From an uncultured Clostridia bacterium (GTDB lineage: Bacteria; Bacillota; Clostridia; Christensenellales; QALW01): DNA of 64,000 nt. Shown here in pieces: positions 17,637 to 27,276 of the stretch. Position numbers and translations under genes: made by a program. The stretch lies in contig CAKSKV010000004.1 in NCBI GenBank assembly GCA_934465535.1, forward strand, positions 41,715 through 105,714. The letters run 5' to 3'. Position 1 is the stretch's first letter. Every line of letters starts with the position of its first letter. Below the pieces are notes generated by a model. That model saw nothing but the letters and a program-made list of their open reading frames with translations. It had not been told where the DNA came from and ran no database searches.

Positions 17637-19841
17637 ATGAATTTGCTTTATAAGCTGCCCCCGTGCGAGAGCGCGGTGCTGAGCAGCAGCGGGGAGGAGC
17701 CTGTATACTGTATTCCCTGCGATATATCAAACGGCCGCATTGCAAAGGACTGGCTTGCGGTTACAAAAACGCGCGTATTGCTTCTGCGCGGCGGAAAAAT
17801 CGACCGTCAGGTGATGATAAATACGCTTACGGATGCGCGCTGCGAGGCGGGCAATGACTGCGGCATGCTGGTGCTTACCGATAAAAACGGGAAGGAAAGC
17901 CTGTTTTGCTGCATGACCATGCGTCATGTTGCGCGCTGCGCCTATGTGGCGCGGGGCATACGCATGCTTGCTCAGGGAAAGACGGCGCGCATGGAATCCG
18001 CGGAGGCGGAAAAGACCTGCCCCATATGCGGCCGCGCGCTGCCCGGAACAAATGTCTGCCCCCACTGCTCGGGCAAGGGGCGTATGCTGCGCAGGATAGG
18101 CAGCGTGATAAAGCCCTACAAGGGGCAGTTTATCCTGCTTACGCTTTTGATGCTGGCAGTTGCGGGGCTGAACATTTCCCTTGGCTTTATCAACCGATGG
18201 CTGGTGGACGGCGTTCTGCTGGCTCCCGGCGCAGCGGTGGCGGATGCGCTTAAGGTTATAGCCGTTATGGCTGCGGCCACCGCCGCAATGGTGGCGGGCT
18301 ATATTGTGCGGGAAAAGACGGCGGTAAAGCTGGGGTCGGGCATCAGCCTTGATTTAAGAGAGCGGATGTATGTAAAGATCCAGCGCCTGTCCATAAGCTA
18401 TCTTGGGCGCAAGACCCCCGGCGCGCTTATGAACCGTATGATGAACGATACGACGCAGGTGCGCACCTTTATGCAAAACACCTTTGCCTCCATGTTCAAC
18501 CAGCTTATAATAATGCTTTTTTCCGTTATTGCAATGCTGGTAATGGACTGGAAGCTTACCCTTATGTCGGTGGCACTGGTGCCGCTTGTGTTTGTTATAT
18601 CCACGGTAAGCCGTAAGTATTTCGGAAGGATATTCCGCAAGCAATGGATTAAAAGCGACGCGGTGGACGGACGGCTTCAGGATGTGCTTTCGGGCATAAG
18701 AGTGGTTAAAAGCTTCGGCATGGAGCAGCGGGAAAGCGAGGCGTTCCGCCGCGGCAACGAGGAAATCGCCCGCTTGAGCGAAAAGAATGAAAAGGCATGG
18801 AGCACCATTACTCCGCTGTTTTCCTTCTTTTTCTCCATAGGCTCGCTGGTTATAACCGTATACGGCGGCGCGGGGATGTTAAGCGGCACCTTTACGGCGG
18901 GCGAGATATCCATGTTCACCTTCTTTGCCACCTCGCTTTACGGTCAGCTTTTGTGGCTGGGAAACCTGCCCCGCACGCTTGTGCAGATGCTTACAAGCCT
19001 TGAGCGCATATTCGATGTGCTGGAGGAAAATGAAGAGCTGCCCCAAAGCGAAAAGCCGGTAAGCAAAAAAATAGAGGGCGCGGTGGTTTTTGAAAATGTG
19101 GGCTTTGGCTACAAAAGCTATGAGCCGGTGCTGGAGAATTTCTCCCTTGAGGTTAAAAAGGGGGAAATGATAGGCCTTGTCGGGGCATCGGGCGCGGGAA
19201 AGAGCACTCTTATTAACCTTATAATGCGCATGTACGATGTGGACGAGGGGCGTATTCTTATTGACGGCACGGATATACGGGATTTTGATAAGAATTCTCT
19301 GCACCGTCAGATAGGCGTGGTGCTTCAGGAGCCGTTCCTTTTTTCGGGAAGCGTGCTGGACAACATACGCTATTCCAAGCCGGAGGCCTCGCTTGAGGAG
19401 GTCATGCGGGCGGCAAAGCTTGCAAACGCTCACGATTTTATAGTCAGCTTCCCTGACGGCTACAACACCCGCGTGGGAGAAAACGGGCACAATCTTTCCG
19501 GCGGCGAGCGTCAGAGGGTGGCCATAGCCCGCGCGATACTCAACGACCCCAAAATACTTATTTTGGATGAGGCTACAAGCGCGCTGGATACCGAAACGGA
19601 ATATCAGATACAGGAGGCGCTTGCCCGTCTTATAAAGGGCAGAACCACCTTTGCCATAGCGCACAGGCTTTCCACCCTCAGAGGTGCGGACAGGATAGCG
19701 GTGCTTAACGGGCATACCCTTGCGGAGCTGGGCTCCCATGATGAGCTGCTGCGCAAAAAGGGCATATATTACGGCCTTGTTACGGCGCAGCTGAGCATGG
19801 GAAGGGTAAACAGGGACGAAGAACAAAAGACGGCGGTGTAA
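17637..19841 (+). CDS. ABC exporter (TMD-NBD) with N-terminal soluble module and zinc ribbon
   Basis: ~125-aa N-terminal module alignable by eye to that of the first exporter, 4-Cys ribbon CPICG..CPHC, a TMD, and an NBD with GASGAGKST, LSGGERQR, ILILDEATS. Confidence 0.85.
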   Translation: MNLLYKLPPCESAVLSSSGEEPVYCIPCDISNGRIAKDWLAVTKTRVLLLRGGKIDRQVMINTLTDARCEAGNDCGMLVLTDKNGKESLFCCMTMRHVARCAYVARGIRMLAQGKTARMESAEAEKTCPICGRALPGTNVCPHCSGKGRMLRRIGSVIKPYKGQFILLTLLMLAVAGLNISLGFINRWLVDGVLLAPGAAVADALKVIAVMAAATAAMVAGYIVREKTAVKLGSGISLDLRERMYVKIQRLSISYLGRKTPGALMNRMMNDTTQVRTFMQNTFASMFNQLIIMLFSVIAMLVMDWKLTLMSVALVPLVFVISTVSRKYFGRIFRKQWIKSDAVDGRLQDVLSGIRVVKSFGMEQRESEAFRRGNEEIARLSEKNEKAWSTITPLFSFFFSIGSLVITVYGGAGMLSGTFTAGEISMFTFFATSLYGQLLWLGNLPRTLVQMLTSLERIFDVLEENEELPQSEKPVSKKIEGAVVFENVGFGYKSYEPVLENFSLEVKKGEMIGLVGASGAGKSTLINLIMRMYDVDEGRILIDGTDIRDFDKNSLHRQIGVVLQEPFLFSGSVLDNIRYSKPEASLEEVMRAAKLANAHDFIVSFPDGYNTRVGENGHNLSGGERQRVAIARAILNDPKILILDEATSALDTETEYQIQEALARLIKGRTTFAIAHRLSTLRGADRIAVLNGHTLAELGSHDELLRKKGIYYGLVTAQLSMGRVNRDEEQKTAV

Positions 19842-19902
19842 AGAGGCAAGCAGACAGCAAACAGAAAAAAGCATAAAAACATGCATTAAAAGGAGAGGCC
19901 TC

Positions 19903-20457
19903 ATGAACTCACGGTATAACCGGACGGAGCTGGGTGAAATGAAAGCGGCGCAGGGGAAATACCTTTTTTGCCGGGCGGCACATATTCCCCCGACAGAGGC
20001 TGCCCGGAATGGGGCTCCAATCGGGATGCGGATACTTTTTATCCCGGCGATGAGGGCGGAAGCATAGTGCTTTTCTATACCGACGGCACAAGGGCCGAAA
20101 TTTTCCTGATATTCTGCTATACGCTTTGGTACGGCAGCTTTTTTGCGCCCCTTGCCGCACCGTTTTCCGGGCAGGAAAAGCAGGACTGCGCCGCGGAGCT
20201 TTTATCGAGCGCGCTTTACAGCAAATGCGCCGGAAAGCGCGACGGAATTTGAGCTTATTTTCCGTGCAGGCCCCTTTGCAAAGGGAAGCAGCATGGCATG
20301 CAGCATTAACGGCGAAAATGTGCCGTGCGCGGCGGAGGAATACGGAGAGGCGGCATGGGGCAGAATACGCGTTACCGTAAAGCCCGGGGCTGTATATGAA
20401 ATATGCGTTCGCCGCGAAAACGAAAAGGGCAGCGCGGATTTAAGCGCTGCCGTATAG
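19903..20457 (+). pseudogene. possible frameshifted gene (three consecutive protein-like ORF pieces)
   Basis: The ATG 19903 frame (MNSRYNRTELGEMKAAQGKYLF) runs into a T6 run. Protein-like sequence continues in the 19968 frame and then in the 20143 frame (..RIRVTVKPGAVYEICVRRE). Confidence 0.3.
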
Positions 20458-20467
20458 GAAAAACGGC

Positions 20468-21205
20468 ATGGACTATCTTTATCTTGTGAAAAATGAAGAG
20501 GAGCTTGCACGCCTTAAGCGGCAGACGGAGAATATTCCCCCGCTGCTTGAAGAATATCTTATATTTCTTAAGGAGAATTATCAGGTGTACAACCCTCCGC
20601 GCACCGTTGTATGGGCAGATTGCAGCTGCGCAACACATGCAGTAAGCGAGCTTCCGCTGCCCGCATATACAAATGATGTGCGCACGGTGATAACGCCGGA
20701 TGTACAGGTGTGGAAACAGCTTTATCTCCGACAGCCGGAATGCTGCGGGGAAACCTGCGATGCCGTTTGGCTGCGGCAATACTATAACGGCCTTTCGCAG
20801 CGGAATATATTACAGCTGTTAGGGCATGAAATGGCGCACCACAGCGAGCTGTTTATAGAAGAAGCATATGAAACCGCCATGTGGTTTGAAGAAGGCATGG
20901 CGGAATACATAAGCCGTAAATATTTTCTGACTCCGCAGGAATATGCGCTTCAAAAACAGGCAAACGAGCTTATTGTAAAGCTGCATGAGGAAAAACACGG
21001 GCCTTTTTCGCTTAAGGATTTTAATTCTTCGTCATACGGCAGGGATATTGCGTATGTTTTTTACTGCTACTGGAAAAGCTTTTTGGCTGTCGATTCCGCC
21101 GTTCAAAAGCACGGCGGCAATGCAGCCGAGGTGTTTGCCGAATTTAGGCGCTTTTATGAAGGCGGCGCAGAAGAAAGCCCGAAAAGCTGGCTTAACGCAA
21201 ACTGA
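20468..21205 (+). CDS. putative zinc metallopeptidase-like protein (HExxH)
   Basis: LLGHEMAHHSE with a downstream EEGMAEY (HExxH plus a third-ligand Glu pattern). No signal peptide. Confidence 0.5.
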   Translation: MDYLYLVKNEEELARLKRQTENIPPLLEEYLIFLKENYQVYNPPRTVVWADCSCATHAVSELPLPAYTNDVRTVITPDVQVWKQLYLRQPECCGETCDAVWLRQYYNGLSQRNILQLLGHEMAHHSELFIEEAYETAMWFEEGMAEYISRKYFLTPQEYALQKQANELIVKLHEEKHGPFSLKDFNSSSYGRDIAYVFYCYWKSFLAVDSAVQKHGGNAAEVFAEFRRFYEGGAEESPKSWLNAN

Positions 21206-21219
21206 ATACGATATGAAAC

Positions 21220-21247
21220 AAAACCCCGGACAAAAGTCCGGGGTTTT
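21220..21247. terminator. bidirectional terminator
   Basis: AAAACCCCGGAC aaaa GTCCGGGGTTTT, a perfect 12-bp stem between convergent genes. Confidence 0.8.
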
Positions 21248-21269
21248 GCGCTGGGTTATACGCTCATTA

Positions 21270-21662
21270 TCAGTGGCAATGTCCGCAGGAGCACTCCTCA
21301 TGTTCGTGCTCATGCTCATGCTCGCAGCCGCAGTCGTCGTGGTCGTGATCCTCACAGCCGCATCCGCAGCCGCAGGAGGAGCAGGAGCCGCCGCAGGAAT
21401 GACGCTGCTCAAGCCGATTGATAAGGAAGGGGGTAACCGCCTCCATTTCTTCATCGGTAGGCATGGTGAAATCGGCGATCTCGCCGTCCTGAATCACCGG
21501 CTTCATGATATACATTGCCGGCTCTTCGTCCTCGCCCAGATTCTCCTCGGGAGTAACAAAAAGGGCGTAATGATCGTCATTGAAGTCAAAAGCGTCTATC
21601 ATGGCAAGAGGCAGCTCGTTGCCGTTTTCATCCTTGAAGTACATTATCTGATTGTCCTGCAT
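21270..21662 (-). CDS. DUF1292-like protein with Cys/His-rich C-terminal tail
   Basis: Start at ATG 21662 (MQDNQIMYFKDENGNELPLAMIDAFDFNDDHYALFV, DUF1292-like by recollection). The tail is SCGGSCSSCGCGCGCEDHDHDDCGCEHEHEHEHEECSCGHCH. Confidence 0.65.
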   Translation of the reverse strand: MQDNQIMYFKDENGNELPLAMIDAFDFNDDHYALFVTPEENLGEDEEPAMYIMKPVIQDGEIADFTMPTDEEMEAVTPFLINRLEQRHSCGGSCSSCGCGCGCEDHDHDDCGCEHEHEHEHEECSCGHCH

Positions 21663-21826
21663 TGTGGTTATCCTTTCATAACGGCTTTCCGCCGGAATAT
21701 TCATTATTGATTATATTATAACCGCATTTACCGCTTTTGCGCAACTTTTTGGAGCGATTTTATTCTTGTTTTACACACGGTTAACATTTTGCCGCCGTTA
21801 TATGCAGAAAATCGGCGCTGCGGGTG

Positions 21827-23026
21827 TTATTTTTTATCCGCAGTGCTGTCCGCTGCGCCGTCTTTTTCCTCTGCGGCGCATATGCTGCCGTATATGCATG
21901 CCTCCGCGCGTGCATTACTTTCCTCCGCCTGCCCGGTTTGGCCGTTTTGCTCCGGCGTTCGCCGCAGCGCTGCGGGCAGATGCTCCCGTGCCGATCTTGT
22001 AAGCAGAGCAAAGCCCCTCAGTATTAGCCTGCGGGTCTCGGGGTCGGTCTGCTTGAAGGTGCGCAGTATTTTCATAACGCTCTTTCTGCCGGAAAGCTCG
22101 GAAAGCGTAACGGCGTCCGACGAGGACAGCACCATATAGCAGGTGTCAAAAAAGCTTTTTCGCTCCTCAATACCCATGCCGGATATCCAGTCATTAAGCA
22201 TATTCCCCACAAATTCAAGGTTCAGCGATTCCGCCCGCTCCATCTCTCCCGGAGGGACTACGCGCCAGGAATAAAGATCGTGCTGGCGCAGACCGCGCTC
22301 ATCCGACAGCACCGCCACCGACTTCTCTCCCGCAGCAAGCAGCCGCCCTATAACCGAGGACTGCGGCACGAATTTATGTATTCTCGGGGCTATTTCAAGA
22401 TATTGCGCATCGGCGGTTATTTCCTTAATAAAGCCCGGCCCGTCAAAATCGTATACGCCGTCTATACGGTTTTTAAGCCGTTTTCCGCTGAAGGCCGCCG
22501 CATAAACCGCAAGGTTTCCGCCCTTTGAATGCCCTGCGCATATAAGCCTGTGACCGGGCAGCGCCGCCGCCTTCAGGTAGTGCACCGCCTCAAGCTGAGA
22601 GGGCACGCGGCAGAAGCTCATATTGAAATCCTCTTTCCACCCCACAAGGGTGGCATCGGTGCCGCGATAGGCTATAAAAAGCCGCCCGTCCCCAAGAAAT
22701 ATCGTCACAGCGGAAAACTGCTTTTCCGCCGCCGCGTCCGTGCTGCGGCAATAGCCGCACAATTCCAGCTGTGCAAAGCGCTCATGCTCGGACAGCTCTT
22801 CCAGCAGCTGCTTATCGTTTTCCAAAAGGAAGCGCCGCCCCTGCGGGCTTGCAAGAATAGCCTTTGCGGCATCGCGCAGCTTTACGCGGCTGTTAAATTC
22901 CGCAGGCACCGCTCCCTCCATGGGGCAGTATGCAAGGCGGCAAAGTATAAGCGCATCCATCGGGCAAAGCGGCACCGTGCTCATAGGCAGATCGCCGCGC
23001 CATTCTATATAGGAAAAAAGATTCAT
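21827..23026 (-). CDS. DUF2974/Mbeg1-like alpha/beta hydrolase (lipase-like)
   Basis: FIAYRGTD and the nucleophile elbow GHSKGGNLAVYAA (GxSxG). Confidence 0.6.
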   Translation of the reverse strand: MNLFSYIEWRGDLPMSTVPLCPMDALILCRLAYCPMEGAVPAEFNSRVKLRDAAKAILASPQGRRFLLENDKQLLEELSEHERFAQLELCGYCRSTDAAAEKQFSAVTIFLGDGRLFIAYRGTDATLVGWKEDFNMSFCRVPSQLEAVHYLKAAALPGHRLICAGHSKGGNLAVYAAAFSGKRLKNRIDGVYDFDGPGFIKEITADAQYLEIAPRIHKFVPQSSVIGRLLAAGEKSVAVLSDERGLRQHDLYSWRVVPPGEMERAESLNLEFVGNMLNDWISGMGIEERKSFFDTCYMVLSSSDAVTLSELSGRKSVMKILRTFKQTDPETRRLILRGFALLTRSAREHLPAALRRTPEQNGQTGQAEESNARAEACIYGSICAAEEKDGAADSTADKK

Positions 23027-23054
23027 TATATCACCCTTTCTTCAAAAGGCGCGC

Positions 23055-23567
23055 TCAGTAGCCGCGCTGCCCCAAAAGGGATTCGTCCTCGTCTATCCAG
23101 CTCTGAACCTCTATTATGCGGTAATTCTGCACATCGTCCCTTATTATCACCCGCGCAATTCCCGCGTTTATTACCATTCTTTTGCACATGGAGCAGCAGC
23201 AGGCATTGGGCACATAGCTGCCGTCGTTTTCCACCCCTACAAGATACATATCCGCTCCCAGCATCTGATGGCGGGAGGCGCTTATTATTGCGTTTGCCTC
23301 GGCATGCACGCTGCGGCACAGCTCATAGCGCTCCCCCCGCGGTATGGCCAGCTTTTCCCTTATGCAATAGCCTATGTCCGAGCAGTTGCGCCGTCCGCGC
23401 GGCGCTCCGACATAGCCGGTGGATATGACTTCATCGTTTTTTACTATAACGGCGCCGAATTTTCTGCGAAGGCAGGTGCCGCGCTGGCTGACTACCTGCG
23501 CAAGATCCAGATAATAATTTGTTTTGTCTCTGCGTTCCAAAGCCTGGTCCTCCCTTAAACAGGTCAT
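23055..23567 (-). CDS. comEB: dCMP deaminase (ComEB-type)
   Basis: Zinc motifs HAEANAI and [14 protein letters not shown]. Start set at ATG 23567 (MTCLRE..); the longer ORF extends into the divergent promoter region. Confidence 0.85.
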   Translation of the reverse strand: MTCLREDQALERRDKTNYYLDLAQVVSQRGTCLRRKFGAVIVKNDEVISTGYVGAPRGRRNCSDIGYCIREKLAIPRGERYELCRSVHAEANAIISASRHQMLGADMYLVGVENDGSYVPNACCCSMCKRMVINAGIARVIIRDDVQNYRIIEVQSWIDEDESLLGQRGY

Positions 23568-23854
23568 GCGGCAAAATGTATGCCGTTTTGCATATATCCC
23601 TTTATTTACAGCCGCTCCTGCGAAGGGCGGCGCTTGCGCGAAAAATATATGCTTTATTGCGGATATTTTATCACATTGCAGGTGCGATTGCAATAAAAAG
23701 CATTGCGCATTCGGCGCAAAATGGGTATAATTACGGTAAATTGATATGCAATCAGCTTGCCCGGCGGCATTGTGAATACCCTGAGTATGCAGGCCTTTCA
23801 CACGGAGCCTTTGTTCGGGCAATTGTACGGCGCTTGCCGGGAGAGGATGAAATT

Positions 23855-25507
23855 ATGTCGGAAATTCAGGAGAGCAAGAATTTTATCGAGGAAAAGGTCG
23901 AGGCCGATATCGCGGCGCACGGCCCCGGCTACACGGTATGCACCCGTTTTCCTCCGGAGCCAAATGGCTATCTTCATATAGGCCATGTGCGTGCGCTCAG
24001 CATTGATTTCGGCATCAAGGAGGAGTACGGCGGACGGTGCAACCTGCGCATGGACGATACAAACCCCGCAAAGGAGGATATGCACTATGTGGAGGCCATA
24101 TGCCGCGATGTGGAATGGCTGGGCTACAAGTGGGATAAGCTTACCTTCGGCTCCGACTATTACGACATCACCTATAAATACGCTGAGGAGCTTATAAACA
24201 AGGGGCTTGCCTATGTGTGCGACCTTTCGCCGGAGGAAATAAAGGAATACCGCGGAACCTTGACCGAGCCGGGAAAGGAAAGCCCCTACCGCAACCGCAC
24301 GCCGCAGGAAAACCTTGACCTTTTCCGCAGGATGAGGGCGGGCGAATTTCCGGACGGCTCCCGCGTGCTGCGGGCAAAGATAGACATGGCTTCCCCCAAC
24401 ATCAACATGCGCGACCCGATAATATACCGTATTCTCCGTGCGGATCACTACCGCACCGGGGATAAATGGTGCATCTATCCCATGTATGATTTTGCGCACC
24501 CCATTCAGGACGCCACCGAGGGGGTTACCCATTCCCTCTGCTCATTGGAATTTGAGGATCACCGTCCCCTTTACAACTGGGTAGTGGAGCATGTTTCGGT
24601 GCCCTGTCACCCCGAGCAGACCGAGTTTGCCCGCCTTAACATCACCCGCACCATAATGAGCAAGCGCTATCTTAAAAAGCTGGTGGAGCAGGGAGCCGTG
24701 AGCGGGTGGGACGATCCCCGTATGCCCACCATTGCCGGGCTGCGGCGCCGCGGCTATACCCCGGAAGCGCTGCGCACCTTCTGCAAGCGCTGCGGCGTAG
24801 CCAAAGCCAACTCCGTAATTGAGGCAAGCTTCCTTGAGCATTGCGTAAGAGAGGATCTTAACGAAAAAACGCTGCGCCGCATGGCGGTTATCGACCCCGT
24901 TTTGGTGGAGATAACCAATTTTGACGGCGAGCAGACGACATATCTTGAAAATCATAACGCCCATGAGGAGATGGGCAAGCGCGCCGTTGCCTTCACGCGC
25001 GAGCTTTATATAGAGCGTGAGGATTTTATGATAGATCCGCCCTCCAAGTTTTTCCGCCTTGCACCGGGACGCGAGGTTCGCCTTAAGGGTGCCTATATTA
25101 TAAAATGCACGGGCTACGATACCGATGAAAACGGACAGGTGAGCAAAATCTACGCCCAGTACGATCCCGAATCCTTCTCCGGCATGGAGGGGGCAAACAG
25201 AAAGGTAAAGGGCACGCTGCACTGGGTAAGCGCAAAATATGCGCTGCCTGCCGAATTCCGTCTGTATGACTATCTTCTGGACGACCGTGACGGCGAAGGA
25301 TTGGATTTTTCCGAAAGGATAAACCCGAATTCCCTTACGGTAAAGCAGGGCTGGTGCGAGCCGGCGCTTGCCGAGGCGGAGGTGGGCGACACCTTCCAGT
25401 TTGTGCGCATGGGCTATTTCCGCAAGGATGAAGACTCCTCGGAGGAAAAGCCGGTGTTCAACCGCGTTGTGGGGCTTAAGGATTCTTGGGCAAAGGCTCA
25501 GAAATAA
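23855..25507 (+). CDS. glnS: glutamine--tRNA ligase
   Basis: [11 protein letters not shown] (HIGH) and IMSKR (KMSKS), ~550 aa. Start at ATG 23855 ([16 protein letters not shown]) after GGAGAGGA. Confidence 0.95.
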   Translation: MSEIQESKNFIEEKVEADIAAHGPGYTVCTRFPPEPNGYLHIGHVRALSIDFGIKEEYGGRCNLRMDDTNPAKEDMHYVEAICRDVEWLGYKWDKLTFGSDYYDITYKYAEELINKGLAYVCDLSPEEIKEYRGTLTEPGKESPYRNRTPQENLDLFRRMRAGEFPDGSRVLRAKIDMASPNINMRDPIIYRILRADHYRTGDKWCIYPMYDFAHPIQDATEGVTHSLCSLEFEDHRPLYNWVVEHVSVPCHPEQTEFARLNITRTIMSKRYLKKLVEQGAVSGWDDPRMPTIAGLRRRGYTPEALRTFCKRCGVAKANSVIEASFLEHCVREDLNEKTLRRMAVIDPVLVEITNFDGEQTTYLENHNAHEEMGKRAVAFTRELYIEREDFMIDPPSKFFRLAPGREVRLKGAYIIKCTGYDTDENGQVSKIYAQYDPESFSGMEGANRKVKGTLHWVSAKYALPAEFRLYDYLLDDRDGEGLDFSERINPNSLTVKQGWCEPALAEAEVGDTFQFVRMGYFRKDEDSSEEKPVFNRVVGLKDSWAKAQK

Positions 25508-25530
25508 TAAAAATTCGCTTTCAAAATGCA

Positions 25531-25564
25531 AAACCGGCAGTGAGCACACCGCTCCTGCCGGTTT
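25531..25564. terminator. bidirectional terminator (glnS / GNAT)
   Basis: AAACCGGCAG..CTGCCGGTTT, a 10-bp stem. Confidence 0.6.
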
Positions 25565-25571
25565 CAGATTT

Positions 25572-26168
25572 TCAAAATGATGTTTCCTGATTATTTTTTC
25601 TCGGCGACTGTTTCAATCCGCCCGTATATTCATCATAATCAATATTATAAACGCCTTCAAAAACCGTTTTTACAGCACACAGCGCATCAATTGCAGAGGA
25701 AGACATAAGGGTAAGGGCAACATTTTCATTTTTACACTTCTTATTAAGCTGCGGCTGCATATATGAAATACCGCAGTCGGAAAAGCCGTTTCTTATATAA
25801 AAGGCATGACGGCGCGCAGAAAAATCATCCATATCCTTTTCCGTTTCCAAAATAAGCGGATCAAACATATCCGCTATTTCTTTAAGCATCTCGCTGCCTA
25901 AACCGCTTCCGCGCAAATTCTCCCAAACCGCAAAATGCTCCAAAAATGAAAATCCCGAAAATCTCCATACTGCCGCAGCAGCACACAATTCATCCTCTGC
26001 AAAAGCCCCTAGAAGCTCATATTCCGGCCTTTTAAGCAACTCCCGCTGCCGCAGCCCCTCCCGCATTTCACAGGGGCGAAATGAGGCTGTAAACAGTTTT
26101 TCTGCCTTATTATAATTTTTTGTATCATCAGCGCTGATTTTTTTTATAATATATTTGTTTTCCGACAT
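25572..26168 (-). CDS. GNAT-family N-acetyltransferase
   Basis: FAVWENLRGSGLGSEMLKEI (R/QxxGxG acetyl-CoA motif) and a FYIRNGF C-terminal block. Confidence 0.7.
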   Translation of the reverse strand: MSENKYIIKKISADDTKNYNKAEKLFTASFRPCEMREGLRQRELLKRPEYELLGAFAEDELCAAAAVWRFSGFSFLEHFAVWENLRGSGLGSEMLKEIADMFDPLILETEKDMDDFSARRHAFYIRNGFSDCGISYMQPQLNKKCKNENVALTLMSSSAIDALCAVKTVFEGVYNIDYDEYTGGLKQSPRKNNQETSF

Positions 26169-26193
26169 TTCAGCTTACCGAGCCTATAATTAT

Positions 26194-27276
26194 TTACTCT
26201 TGTGTAACCGTACCGGAGGCCACCCTGAAAACCTCAGAGCCGCTTACCCGCATTTCCGGCAAAAGATGCGTTGTTGTAACAATGGACTGAAGCCCATCAA
26301 GAAAGCTCAAAAGCTGCTTTTGCCGCGCAGGATCCAATTCACTCATAACATCATCCAAAAGCAGCACGGGGCTTTCCCCTATATCCTGCTTCATAAGCTC
26401 AAGCTGTGCCAGCTTAAGCGCAAGAGCCGCCGTCCTCTGCTGCCCCTGAGAACCGTAATACCGCAAATCCGTACCGTTTAGCTTAAGGGCAATATCATCC
26501 TTATGCGGCCCGCATCCGGTAGTTCCCCGTTTTATATCGCTGCTTCTTGAAGCGCGCAGCTGCTCGTATATCTGCTGCTCATCCGGCGCACAGTCCGAAA
26601 TATATACCGCCTCCAGCTTTTCTTTTTCCCCGCTCAGGGAATAATGCACAAAGGAGCATACCGGGCTTAATCTTTTGGCAAAGGCCTGCCTTTCTTTAAT
26701 TACGGGGACAGCACATTGGCTTAACATCCTGTCAAAAACATCAAGGCTGTCCGTATCCCCTTTGCCGAAGGCAAAGGCCTTTATAAGGCCGTTTCTCTGC
26801 TCCAGCACCTTCATATATTTGCTCAGGCTGTAAAAGTACAGCGGCTGCACCTGGGAAAGATCAATATCCATAAACCTGCGCCTTAAAGCCGGGCCGCACT
26901 TTACAAGATCAAGGTCCTCCGGCGAAAAGGTAACGGTTTTTATCTGGCCTATCATCTCTCCCACCCGCCGGCAGGGCAAACCGTTTACGGTTATTCTCTT
27001 TTTTTCATTGCGCGAAATGACGATATCCACAGTATGCACACCGTCTCTTTCCACACAATCCACAGCCGCCTTTGCATACTCGCTTCTAAAGGCTATCATA
27101 TCCTTATCACGGCTTGTTCTGTGACTTCTTGCAGTGGATAAAAGCGAGCAGGCCTCCAGCAAATTCGTCTTCCCTTGGGCGTTTTCGCCCACAAACAGGC
27201 AAATTCCGTCCTGCAATTCTATGCTTAAAGCCTCATAATTACGGAAGTTTTTAAGCTCCAATTTTCTAATATACAT
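26194..27276 (-). CDS. recF: DNA replication/repair protein RecF
   Basis: Walker A GENAQGKTN, signature SQGQQRTAALALKLA, Walker B LLLDDVMSELD. Confidence 0.95.
   Translation of the reverse strand: MYIRKLELKNFRNYEALSIELQDGICLFVGENAQGKTNLLEACSLLSTARSHRTSRDKDMIAFRSEYAKAAVDCVERDGVHTVDIVISRNEKKRITVNGLPCRRVGEMIGQIKTVTFSPEDLDLVKCGPALRRRFMDIDLSQVQPLYFYSLSKYMKVLEQRNGLIKAFAFGKGDTDSLDVFDRMLSQCAVPVIKERQAFAKRLSPVCSFVHYSLSGEKEKLEAVYISDCAPDEQQIYEQLRASRSSDIKRGTTGCGPHKDDIALKLNGTDLRYYGSQGQQRTAALALKLAQLELMKQDIGESPVLLLDDVMSELDPARQKQLLSFLDGLQSIVTTTHLLPEMRVSGSEVFRVASGTVTQE

Noticed and set aside
23568-23854. Possible T-box leader upstream of glnS.
   Set aside because: I could not find the conserved T-box sequence (..GGGTGGTACCGCG..) or a convincing specifier/terminator arrangement. 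Only a plausible promoter (TTGCGC, 17 nt, TATAAT around 23703-23731) is present.
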